Program-made: the position numbers and the translations under genes
The notes under the pieces: generated by a model
Databases searched by the model: none
The model's input: only the letters and a program-made list of their open reading frames with translations
What the model was told of the DNA's origin: nothing
In this document: positions 49,162-57,512 of the stretch, in pieces
How positions within the stretch are numbered: position 1 is the stretch's first letter
Layout of the letters: every line of letters begins with the position of its first letter
Source: Candidatus Bathyarchaeota archaeon
GTDB taxonomy: Archaea; Thermoproteota; Bathyarchaeia; Bathyarchaeales; Bathycorpusculaceae
Length of the DNA: 64,000 nt
Reading direction: 5' to 3'
Assembly: GCA_963815095.1 (NCBI GenBank)
Contig: CAWFFH010000003.1
Span: 416,001 to 480,000 of the forward strand

Positions 49162-50328
49162 TCATCTCCCAAAGGATTTGTGAATTCCCACACGGTCAAG
49201 AAGCGGTACCGTCAAGTTCATAATAAGCAATGCTAGCAGGGCGCCTCCGAAGAAGTTCATGTATGTCTGTATCAAGATTGTTAGTAAAGCTAAGCCGACG
49301 CCAAAGATGATTTGTCCCATGCCTGTGAATGGAGTTGTTGCAGGGTCGGTTGCCATGAAGAAGCCCAAAAAGATTGAGCTACCGATGAAAAGTTCAAAGA
49401 GCAACCTGACTGTTAGGTCTGTGTCTCCGAAAGCGGTGGCAAATATTAGAGACATGATAGCAATGGATACGAAGTAAGATAGAGTGATTCTCCATTTGAC
49501 GTATTTGCGAGCAACGACAAAGAATGCGATACCAACGATGATTACTGCTAAGGCTGAAGCGCCACCTGTCCAACCGTGGAACTTGTCAAGGATCATAAGC
49601 GAGTTTACGTCACCAAGACTAGCTCCTGGGTTAGAATAGCATCCTTGCAGGTAGGTTGTGAAAGAAGCTAAGCCATTAGTGCCTAAAGGTGTGGCTCCCC
49701 CACCAATTGGACCTGAAAGTAAAGGCACTCCTAAACCTCCCTCAGTGAATGCTGCAAAGTGATCTTTTGCCAAAAAGACGCTGCCTATGAAGGGTAGCAG
49801 AACTATGAATTTAGCGGCTGCTGCTGGATTGACGAGTTTTCTGCCTGCTAATCCTTGGAGTTTTTTGAAGACTACAAGACCAAGCAATGAGATAATTGCG
49901 ACGTACAAGAATGCGTTGGGAGCAGTTAATGTGTCGATTGGCATTACATCGGTTGCTTGAGCCATTGATGGAACACCAAGCGAGTATGAAAGTGTAACAA
50001 TTAAGCCAAAGACTGCTGCGGACCATGTGTTCATTTGTGAGTCAGAAGCTACTTTACTGATTAACGCATCTGCACCAACGGCTACACCGATAGCGATAAG
50101 CGCATTGATGATCACTATCATGCCCAACGGCATTTGCCAAACATTTGTCAGACCCATTGTAGATATCTGTGAGTCTGTTGGTGCACTGACTGACCACCAG
50201 AGGGCTGCTGAGATAACAGTGATTATCAAGAGAGAAATGAATGTGTATTGCATGAGGCGATTCTTTGACATTGTACCGGTTATGTGAGGTGCTGGTTTTA
50301 CAACTAGGTCTTTTGATGATTCACTCAT
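49162..50328 (-). CDS. rnfD: RnfD/NqrB-family membrane subunit
   Basis: N-terminal PAPH, K...G......NPA, GATPL (FMN-Thr site), FFMATDPATTP, LIMNL.VPLLD...FG. Confidence 0.88.
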   Translation of the reverse strand: MSESSKDLVVKPAPHITGTMSKNRLMQYTFISLLIITVISAALWWSVSAPTDSQISTMGLTNVWQMPLGMIVIINALIAIGVAVGADALISKVASDSQMNTWSAAVFGLIVTLSYSLGVPSMAQATDVMPIDTLTAPNAFLYVAIISLLGLVVFKKLQGLAGRKLVNPAAAAKFIVLLPFIGSVFLAKDHFAAFTEGGLGVPLLSGPIGGGATPLGTNGLASFTTYLQGCYSNPGASLGDVNSLMILDKFHGWTGGASALAVIIVGIAFFVVARKYVKWRITLSYFVSIAIMSLIFATAFGDTDLTVRLLFELFIGSSIFLGFFMATDPATTPFTGMGQIIFGVGLALLTILIQTYMNFFGGALLALLIMNLTVPLLDRVGIHKSFGR

Positions 50329-50541
50329 TTTGTTAACCTTCTTTTAAATAAAGAGGTTAATCTTTGTCTGATATATTAAACTCTTTCGGAGTCGTACATT
50401 TTTTCATAATCTGAGCAAAAACTAAGAAATCTTGAAAAGTTCTAACCATATTTTCATTTTAAACACACACGTGCACCCAAACTTCCACATTAAGGTCTGA
50501 TCGAGGAAAGCGTAATTTGGATAAAGCTAATACCTAAGAAA

Positions 50542-51027
50542 ATGCAACCTATCTTTGCTGAGGACTCAACTGTGCCTAAAGAAAGCCACGAAGAACTTGA
50601 AGGATTAACCTTGGAGGTGTACTTGCATGCAGTAAAAAAGGGCAAACCAGTCGGTCCCCGAGACGTCATGAAAGGCGCCAACCTTAGCAGCCCGAGCGTG
50701 GCGTATAGGCACCTGCAGAAACTTGAAGACGAAGGATACCTGGTGAAAAACGAGTATGGAGAATACACAGTTAAGCGCAAAGCACACCTCAAAGGCTACG
50801 TTTGGCTTGGACGTCACTTAATACCGAAAATGTGGCTCTATGCTCTGATTTTTCTCTCTATTTTTGTTGTTGAACTCTTTATTTTAGTAATTCATTTTCC
50901 TGTGGAAACTGAGGAATTCAAAGTTTTCTTCTTGCTATTAATGGGAATTACTGCTTTAGCAATGGCAGTTTTCGCCATCGAAGGGTTCCAACAGAATAAA
51001 CAAAAAAACAAAACAGCAACTGAATAA
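50542..51027 (+). CDS. Membrane-anchored winged-helix DNA-binding protein
   Basis: GPRDVMKGANLSSPSVAYRHLQKL plus two TM helices; paralog of 28766..29212. Confidence 0.75.
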   Translation: MQPIFAEDSTVPKESHEELEGLTLEVYLHAVKKGKPVGPRDVMKGANLSSPSVAYRHLQKLEDEGYLVKNEYGEYTVKRKAHLKGYVWLGRHLIPKMWLYALIFLSIFVVELFILVIHFPVETEEFKVFFLLLMGITALAMAVFAIEGFQQNKQKNKTATE

Positions 51028-51151
51028 ACATCTAAAGTTCAAAAACCGCTGCAAAAAGGTTGCTTACTGCGTTTTAGAGCAAAAAATGAAAAATCAATTT
51101 TTTAGAGGAAGTTTTATATCGCTTCACCGATTTTATCTTGACTTGATTTAA

Positions 51152-52258
51152 ATGAATCCAATCACAGCCCCATTGTTTATGGTTGTTTGGCGGTGTACCC
51201 GCAATTGTGTGGGCAGTTGCACCTATTGCAGTTTCATTAAAGAATACGCTAAAGACCAAGAGTTGAGCACTGAACAAGCCAAGCATATGGTTGATGAAAT
51301 GGCAGAGTTCGGTTCACAATGGTTAGGCATCAGCGGCGGCGAACCCCTGATTCGACCTGACATTTGGGAAGTTATCGAATACGCAGAGAAAAAGCACAAC
51401 ATGCAAGTCAGTTTGATTACAAGCGGTTATGCATGGGACGAAAAACGCTTTGATCTGCTCCGAAAATATAATGTACATACCGCAATCAGCATTGACGGTG
51501 ACAAAGAATCAAACGACAAAATCAGACGCAAAGGCGGCTATGATCAAGCAATAAACGCCATGGAAAAACTCAGCAGCGTTGGCCTACTCGACTGCTTAGT
51601 CACAACCATGACCAAATTTAACATTGACAAGATGGCACACCCCGCAATGCTCGCAGAGAAATACAAAGCCCGCATGCTAGTTTACCACAACCTCGTCCCC
51701 GTTGGCAGAGCCGGAGAACACATGGAAGACATCGCCCCAACCGCCGACCAATACGAAACAGCATTCAACGAAATCTACGACATCCAAAGAAGACTCTACG
51801 GCAAAGTCAAAGTCAACGTCTACGCACCATTCTACGCACGCATCGTACGCCAAAAAAACCCAGCAGACTTCTGGCAATGGTACAACGAAGGCTACCTGGG
51901 TAAATGCACCATCGGCGGCAACTATATCGGCATAACAGAAAACGGCGACTATCGAAGCTGCGGCTTCCACGAAGGCTACCGCATCGGCAACGTCAAAGAA
52001 ACAAAACTACGCACCGCATGGGAACAACTCCAAAAAAGCGAACTACACCTAAAACTACGCGACAAAAACAACCTCAAAGGCAGATGCGGCGTATGCGAAT
52101 ACCGAGAAATCTGCGGCGGATGCAGAACACGCGCAGAATTCTACACTGGAGATCTCTTTGAATCAGACCCAGCATGCAACTACATACCCAAAATCCTGCG
52201 GGAAGACCCCAAAGCACTCGAAGCACTACGCAAAAACCCAATGGGAAAAGTGCAATAA
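51152..52258 (+). CDS. Radical SAM/SPASM protein (paralog of 39881..40960)
   Basis: CTRNCVGSCTYC, SGGEP, SIDG, PVGRA, CGVCEYREICGGCR...DPAC. Confidence 0.9.
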   Translation: MNPITAPLFMVVWRCTRNCVGSCTYCSFIKEYAKDQELSTEQAKHMVDEMAEFGSQWLGISGGEPLIRPDIWEVIEYAEKKHNMQVSLITSGYAWDEKRFDLLRKYNVHTAISIDGDKESNDKIRRKGGYDQAINAMEKLSSVGLLDCLVTTMTKFNIDKMAHPAMLAEKYKARMLVYHNLVPVGRAGEHMEDIAPTADQYETAFNEIYDIQRRLYGKVKVNVYAPFYARIVRQKNPADFWQWYNEGYLGKCTIGGNYIGITENGDYRSCGFHEGYRIGNVKETKLRTAWEQLQKSELHLKLRDKNNLKGRCGVCEYREICGGCRTRAEFYTGDLFESDPACNYIPKILREDPKALEALRKNPMGKVQ

Positions 52259-52950
52259 ATCAACCAATTTTTTACCCAACTCAGATCTCTTTTTAACTAG
52301 AGAGATTCTAATAAAACAAAAAAACCTCTTTAGGTTTTTTGACCAAAAAACCGCAATGCATACAACGGCAATCATGGCCCAGAACTTATAGTTCCACAAA
52401 AAAACTCAACATATCCCACACACCCACACCACCAACATTACAAACCAATAAAGCAGTGTAAACCAACCCCCCAACCCGCAAAGCACAACTCCAAACCCTC
52501 AAACGCCTATTCTCTCTCACGCCTGGCCTGCTCCAAACTATTAACATACATACCTATACGCCGATACTCAGCCCAACGCTTAAGGTTACTATGCTTTTTT
52601 AAATCAAAAATCCTCCCAAACACGACAAAACACATCCAAAACAGGGCAAAACACGCCAAAAAACGACAAAGTAGGGAACCGAAAAAAACCCAAAAACAAC
52701 CCCTTAACCAAAAACCACCCCAAACAAGCCATATCCAACACCCCAAAACCCCATTTACAACAGACACATTCATCATAAATTGGAACATTCCGCCAAATTT
52801 TACCAAACAAAACATAACATTTCACACATCAAACCACACTTTTTGTCACACGCACAAAAACCCAAAAAACAGCATGCAGCAAAAAATGTATTCAGACATG
52901 CAGCAGAAAGGTTATTATTTCTAACAAGTTCACACGTAACATTGGAGAAT
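52259..52950. repeat. Long A/C-rich low-complexity intergenic region
   Basis: About 700 bp without a credible ORF; 54 of the 60 bases at 52681-52740 are A or C; degenerate CnAn runs. Confidence 0.7.
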
Positions 52951-52956
52951 ATAATC

Positions 52957-53718
52957 GTGCCTTTAGCATTTATTATTGGAACTGCTGGTTCGGGCAAATC
53001 CCTCTTTACAGCAGCTTTTGCAGAATGGCTAAAAATGAGCAAGCAAGATGTTGCTGTAGTCAATTTGGATCCAGGTGTATTAAAGCTACCCTATCAACCT
53101 GACGTTGACGTTCGTAACTACGTCGAGGTTGGCGACATTATGGAGAAGTACGGTTTAGGTCCCAATGGCGCTTTGGTTATGGCTGCTGACTTAATCGCTG
53201 ATGAGATTGAAAATTTAACAAGGGACATTGAAGAAGCTCACGCCGACATCGTCTTGGTTGATACTCCGGGTCAAATGGAACTTTTCGCTTTTCGCGCAAG
53301 TGGACCATATATCGTAAATGAGTTAACAAAAGATCCTAAAGCCTTAATCTACCTCTTTGACGCGGTCTTCTCGGTTAACCCATTAAACTACGTTTCAAAC
53401 ATGTTCCTAGCTGCAGCAGTTTACAACAGGTTTTTCCAACCACAGGTACATTTGCTTTCAAAAAGCGACTTAATTCCAAAGAAAGAAGTGCAAGCAATCG
53501 CAGATTGGTCCGCAAACACCAATTCACTAGAAGATGCAATTGAACAGAAACTTGAAGGAACAAAACGCCTATTTAGCCGCAACATGATGCAAGCCATCAA
53601 CAAGCTGGGCTTACAGTTCCATTTAATGCCTGTGTCATCTAAAACAAACGAAGGCATGGTAAACGTAAACACGCTACTCGAACGCATTCTCAACGAAGGA
53701 GAAAAATACACAACCTAA
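52957..53718 (+). CDS. GPN-loop GTPase
   Basis: GTAGSGKS, NLDPG, GLGPNG, DTPGQME, SKSD; GTG at 52957 is the likely start. Confidence 0.93.
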   Translation: MPLAFIIGTAGSGKSLFTAAFAEWLKMSKQDVAVVNLDPGVLKLPYQPDVDVRNYVEVGDIMEKYGLGPNGALVMAADLIADEIENLTRDIEEAHADIVLVDTPGQMELFAFRASGPYIVNELTKDPKALIYLFDAVFSVNPLNYVSNMFLAAAVYNRFFQPQVHLLSKSDLIPKKEVQAIADWSANTNSLEDAIEQKLEGTKRLFSRNMMQAINKLGLQFHLMPVSSKTNEGMVNVNTLLERILNEGEKYTT

Positions 53719-54341
53719 ACACTAATCAGTGACCAGCTTGCCGCAAACGCGCCGCGCTTAGCCTTCAACGCCGAATCTCCACCCGCAATAATGATAACAT
53801 CATCATCCTGAGGAGTTAACTCTTTTAGAATTAGACTTGCAGCTTCAGGATACTGCTTCGAAATAGAATCGCTCACAGATTCGATGCATAAATGCCCCTT
53901 CTTAAAAACAATAATTAGAGCTTTGCGTGCGCCTGCAATGATGGCTGCATCACGCTGGTCAATCCCAGACTTCACTTTTTGCCCACTTTTCTTAACTAAA
54001 AAAGCAAAGTTAAATTCAGATGCAAATAACTCCGACTTTGGAATCTCAACACGTTTAGGGAAAATTTCTTCGAATTGCTGCCAAATCTCTAAACCTTTCT
54101 TTGTCAGGAAACAACCTTCTTTTGAGGTTTCAATCAAACCTGCTTCTTTGAACCTACTAATTATTGTACGCACTGCGCCATCGCCTACATTCAGCTTCTC
54201 GGCCAGTTTATTTCTACCTAAAGGCTTCTGAGCCAAAAGCTCCAACGCATAAAACAAATGAAATATAGTGAAAGTTGTCGAAGGGCCTGGAGCCTTTTTC
54301 CCAGCTATTTGCTGCATGAACTTCTTGAGGGATATCGCCAT
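53715..54341 (-). CDS. HTH protein of DUF4443/DUF2111 type
   Basis: GRNKLAEKLNVGDGAVRTII HTH and GIDQRDAAIIAGA motif. Confidence 0.65.
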   Translation of the reverse strand: MAISLKKFMQQIAGKKAPGPSTTFTIFHLFYALELLAQKPLGRNKLAEKLNVGDGAVRTIISRFKEAGLIETSKEGCFLTKKGLEIWQQFEEIFPKRVEIPKSELFASEFNFAFLVKKSGQKVKSGIDQRDAAIIAGARKALIIVFKKGHLCIESVSDSISKQYPEAASLILKELTPQDDDVIIIAGGDSALKAKRGAFAASWSLISV

Positions 54342-54402
54342 GTTTTACACTATCTTAGTTAAGCGTTAGCTGGGTTTTTATAACTTATCAAAACAACGCG
54401 CC

Positions 54403-54780
54403 TTAACCTTTGTAGGCAACAACAGAAACCTCGACGAGGGCGCCCGACTTGAGTTCAACTCCAACCGTGGCCCGAGCAGGGAACTCCTCCTCAAAGTATT
54501 TGGCATATTCACGATTGAACTCATCAAACAACGTCATTGAAAACAAGTAAATGGTGGACTGGACTACGTCTTTTAGGCTGTAACCATCGGCTTCCAAAAT
54601 AGATCTAAGGTTCGCCATAACTTGTCGCGTCTGTTCAGTGATGCCCTTGGCAACAATTTTGCCCTCTTTCGGGTCAATAGCTAACTGTCCAGAAACAAAT
54701 AAGAATTTGTCCGCTTGCACTGCTTGACTGTATGGACCGATTGGTTTTGGAGCATTTTGGCTTGACACTATTTTTTTCAT
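54403..54780 (-). CDS. ridA: RidA/YjgF family deaminase
   Basis: APKPIGPYSQA, SGQL, N..Y..YF...FPAR, VE; ATG at 54780. Confidence 0.92.
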   Translation of the reverse strand: MKKIVSSQNAPKPIGPYSQAVQADKFLFVSGQLAIDPKEGKIVAKGITEQTRQVMANLRSILEADGYSLKDVVQSTIYLFSMTLFDEFNREYAKYFEEEFPARATVGVELKSGALVEVSVVAYKG

Positions 54781-54942
54781 ACTTTCCCTTCGTTGTTGTG
54801 CTATTTTGAAGTTAAAATGGTTTCTGCATTGTCGCATTGCTAAAATAATTGATGATTAGATGTCTGTGTTGTCGAAAGCCTTTTAAGAAAAACGTCAGGT
54901 TACTATGCCTATTACACGATTGAACGGAAAAGAGAGATCCTA

Positions 54943-56121
54943 ATGAAAAAAAACGGAAAATATTTGTTTACATCCGAGTCAGTTGGAGAAGGTCACCCAG
55001 ATAAAGTTGCAGACCAAATTTCCGACAGTGTTTTAGACTGTATTTTTACAGTCGACTCAAAGGCAAGAGTCGACTGCGAAACATTGGTAATGCAGGGCAC
55101 CGTCATGATCACGGGGCAAATAACAACCTGCACCTACGTCGACATCCCAAAAGTTGTCCGCCAAACCCTCAAAGAAATCGGCTTCGACAACGCCAAAGAC
55201 GGCTTAGACTGGGAAACCTGCGGCATTCTAGTCTCATTAACTGCACAATCCCCAGACATTTCGATGGGCGTAACTGAATCTAAGGATCACGAGCAAGGCG
55301 CTGGAGACCAGGGCATGGTTTTCGGCTACGCAACAAACGAAACAAAAGAACTCATGCCACTACCAATCATGTTAGCTCATAAACTTGTGAAACGTTTAGC
55401 TGACTGCAGAAAACAAAAAATTATGCCTTATCTACGTCCAGACTGCAAATCCCAAGTCACCATAGAATACGAGAATGGAAAGCCAAAATGCGTAAAAACA
55501 GTCGTAATAGCAGCCCAAAACAACGGAACCTGCGACGCTGCTACATTAAAGGAAGACATAGTTGAAAAAGTTATTAAAAACGTTATACCAGCAAACCTCA
55601 TTGCAGAAGACATAAAATACGTCATAAACGGAACAGGCAGATTCGTCATCGGCGGAACCCTAGCAGACTCAGGATTAACAGGCAGAAAAATCATCGTTGA
55701 CACCTACGGCGGAGTCGGAAGCCACGGAGGCGGATGCTTCAGCGGCAAAGACCCATCAAAAGTAGACCGAAGCGGCTGCTACATGGCAAGATACATCGCC
55801 AAAAACATCGTTGCCTCAGGCTTAGCTGACCAATGCGAAATCCAAATATCCTACGCAATCGGAGTTGCACAACCAATCTCAGTTTTGGTAAACACCTACG
55901 AAACAGGCAAACTCTCCGACGAAAAAATCATGGAATTAGTACTGAAGCACTTTGACATGAGACCCAAAGCAATCATCGAACAACTAAACCTGCTAAGACC
56001 CATCTACAAAAAAACAGCGGTTTTCGGTCACTTTGGCAGAGAGGACATGGACTTTCCATGGGAAAAGACCGATAAGGCTGAACAGCTCAAAAAAGAGCTG
56101 GAAAAAACCAAAAAAGCCTAA
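54943..56121 (+). CDS. metK: Methionine adenosyltransferase, bacterial/eukaryotic type
   Basis: [56 protein letters not shown]. Confidence 0.96.
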   Translation: MKKNGKYLFTSESVGEGHPDKVADQISDSVLDCIFTVDSKARVDCETLVMQGTVMITGQITTCTYVDIPKVVRQTLKEIGFDNAKDGLDWETCGILVSLTAQSPDISMGVTESKDHEQGAGDQGMVFGYATNETKELMPLPIMLAHKLVKRLADCRKQKIMPYLRPDCKSQVTIEYENGKPKCVKTVVIAAQNNGTCDAATLKEDIVEKVIKNVIPANLIAEDIKYVINGTGRFVIGGTLADSGLTGRKIIVDTYGGVGSHGGGCFSGKDPSKVDRSGCYMARYIAKNIVASGLADQCEIQISYAIGVAQPISVLVNTYETGKLSDEKIMELVLKHFDMRPKAIIEQLNLLRPIYKKTAVFGHFGREDMDFPWEKTDKAEQLKKELEKTKKA

Positions 56122-56167
56122 TTTTTCCTTTTTTAAATTTTATTTTTGTTTGAGTATCATTCTGCAG

Positions 56168-56980
56168 CTAATCTATAACCACTCCACCGCTTGTCTCAAT
56201 CAAAACGGCAAGTTCCTTCGCTGCTTTAACGAGTCTTTCAGATGGAAGTTGGTCTTGGCTTGCAATTATTGTTAAGTGGACTTCAACATGAGGCTTGTTC
56301 TCTGTTCGCATAGGATGCGACTTCACGTAAACTCCTTGGTTATCACTCATCACTTTGTCGATTAACGGCGCGAGACGGGACTCGAAGATATTATCGGCGA
56401 ATATGCTTTTCTCACAAAAAACATTATTGCCGACAGTTTGCTTAATCAGAGGTGCTATGGTTTCATTAAAAATCGCTTCCGTTTCTACAGGCACTCCAGG
56501 CAGAGCAAACAAAATCGTTCCCTCAATATCAACCCGGACAGCTGGCGCAGTTCCAACTGGATTGTTAACCGCCGTGGTTTTTTCGGGCAGAGTTGCCATT
56601 TTGACTCTAGGAGGGTTTAACTCAATTTCTGTTGGAAACCCTCGTTTTTTGGCGTATTCTACACATTTTTGCTTGACTACGGTGAGGGCTTTTTGGTTTA
56701 CTTCAAGTTTGCGGTTTAACGCTTTGGCGATACCTTGGAGTGTTTTGTCGTCGAAGGTGGGTCCTAATCCTCCTGTTGTGATTACGAATTGAGGTTTTCG
56801 AGCTATGGATTCGTTGACGGCAGCAGCGATCTCGGGTACGGTATCTTGGATTACTATTATCCGTTTGACGTTTGCCCCAATGTGAGTAGCTTGTTTGGAT
56901 AAGTAGTGTGCGTTTGTGTCTTTTACTTTGCCTATAAGCAACTCGTTGCCTATGCAGATTATCTCAACGTCTACTGTCGT
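56168..56980 (-). CDS. CinA-like molybdopterin-binding domain protein (start codon uncertain)
   Basis: EIICIGNELLIG..DTN, TTGGLGPTFDD, NPVGTAP, LPGVP.E; the conserved N-terminal strand lies upstream of the ORF-track start. Confidence 0.82.
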   Translation of the reverse strand, partial: TTVDVEIICIGNELLIGKVKDTNAHYLSKQATHIGANVKRIIVIQDTVPEIAAAVNESIARKPQFVITTGGLGPTFDDKTLQGIAKALNRKLEVNQKALTVVKQKCVEYAKKRGFPTEIELNPPRVKMATLPEKTTAVNNPVGTAPAVRVDIEGTILFALPGVPVETEAIFNETIAPLIKQTVGNNVFCEKSIFADNIFESRLAPLIDKVMSDNQGVYVKSHPMRTENKPHVEVHLTIIASQDQLPSERLVKAAKELAVLIETSGGVVID

Positions 56981-57107
56981 GCATATTCCTCTATGAGAAT
57001 TAGGAAGCGTTGTTTTTCTTTTATACCGTTTGCTCGGCTATTGTCTAAATATCGTTTTAGGCGTTTGCTGCAATATTCTTTTATTGCTCTTTAAAGCCTG
57101 TTACTCT

Positions 57108-57512
57108 ATGCATGAATGGGCACTCGCAGAAGCAATCCTCACTTCGGCCAAACAAGTGGCTGAGCGGGAAAACCTCAAGGAAGTCACAGAAGTCACCATT
57201 AAAGTTGGTGAGCTTCAGCAGGTTGAGCCGCCAATTTTGCGTTTTGCACTCTCTCAGATGAAGCCCGACATTTTCAAGAATACTAAATTCCGAATTTTGA
57301 AATCGAAGTCAAAACTCAAATGCAGGGTTTGCGGAACCACTTGGATGTTTAGCTTTAAAAAACTAGACAAAGCCACTGCTGAGGCAATTCATTTTGTACC
57401 TGAGGCAGCACACAGCTTTATTAAATGTCCCAAATGTGGCAGTCCTGATTTTGAAATCGTCAGCGGACGCGGTGTTTGGCTTGAAGATGTAAAAGGAGTT
57501 AAATTAGCTTGA
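57108..57512 (+). CDS. hypA: Hydrogenase nickel incorporation protein HypA
   Basis: MHE start at 57108, GELQQV, CRVC...CPKC, EIVSGRG; Thermococcales-type IHFVPE insertion. Confidence 0.93.
   Translation: MHEWALAEAILTSAKQVAERENLKEVTEVTIKVGELQQVEPPILRFALSQMKPDIFKNTKFRILKSKSKLKCRVCGTTWMFSFKKLDKATAEAIHFVPEAAHSFIKCPKCGSPDFEIVSGRGVWLEDVKGVKLA

Noticed and set aside
9524-52258. Mobile genomic island or provirus
   Set aside because: No integrase, transposase, tRNA attachment site or terminal repeats seen; composition broadly matches the flanks
52507-52825. Minus-strand ORFs of 102 and 73 aa in the low-complexity spacer
   Set aside because: Their F/V/G/W/C-rich composition follows directly from the G/T-rich strand; no motif or clear translation signals
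9406-52950. RiPP precursor peptide for the SPASM or B12 rSAM enzymes
   Set aside because: I read the spacers on both strands and found no short ORF with a credible RBS and leader/core pattern, and no PqqD/RRE, peptidase or exporter. A distant precursor cannot be excluded.
52259-52950. Replication origin or CRISPR array
   Set aside because: No convincing ORB boxes (only a weak GTTCCAC at about 52391), no cdc6/orc1 nearby, and no regularly spaced identical repeats
52780-52956. N-terminal extensions in the ORF track (GPN GTPase, and likewise HypA, Alba, RidA, GT2, propellers A and B)
   Set aside because: The extensions run through promoter or low-complexity DNA; family N-termini and SD positions indicate later starts
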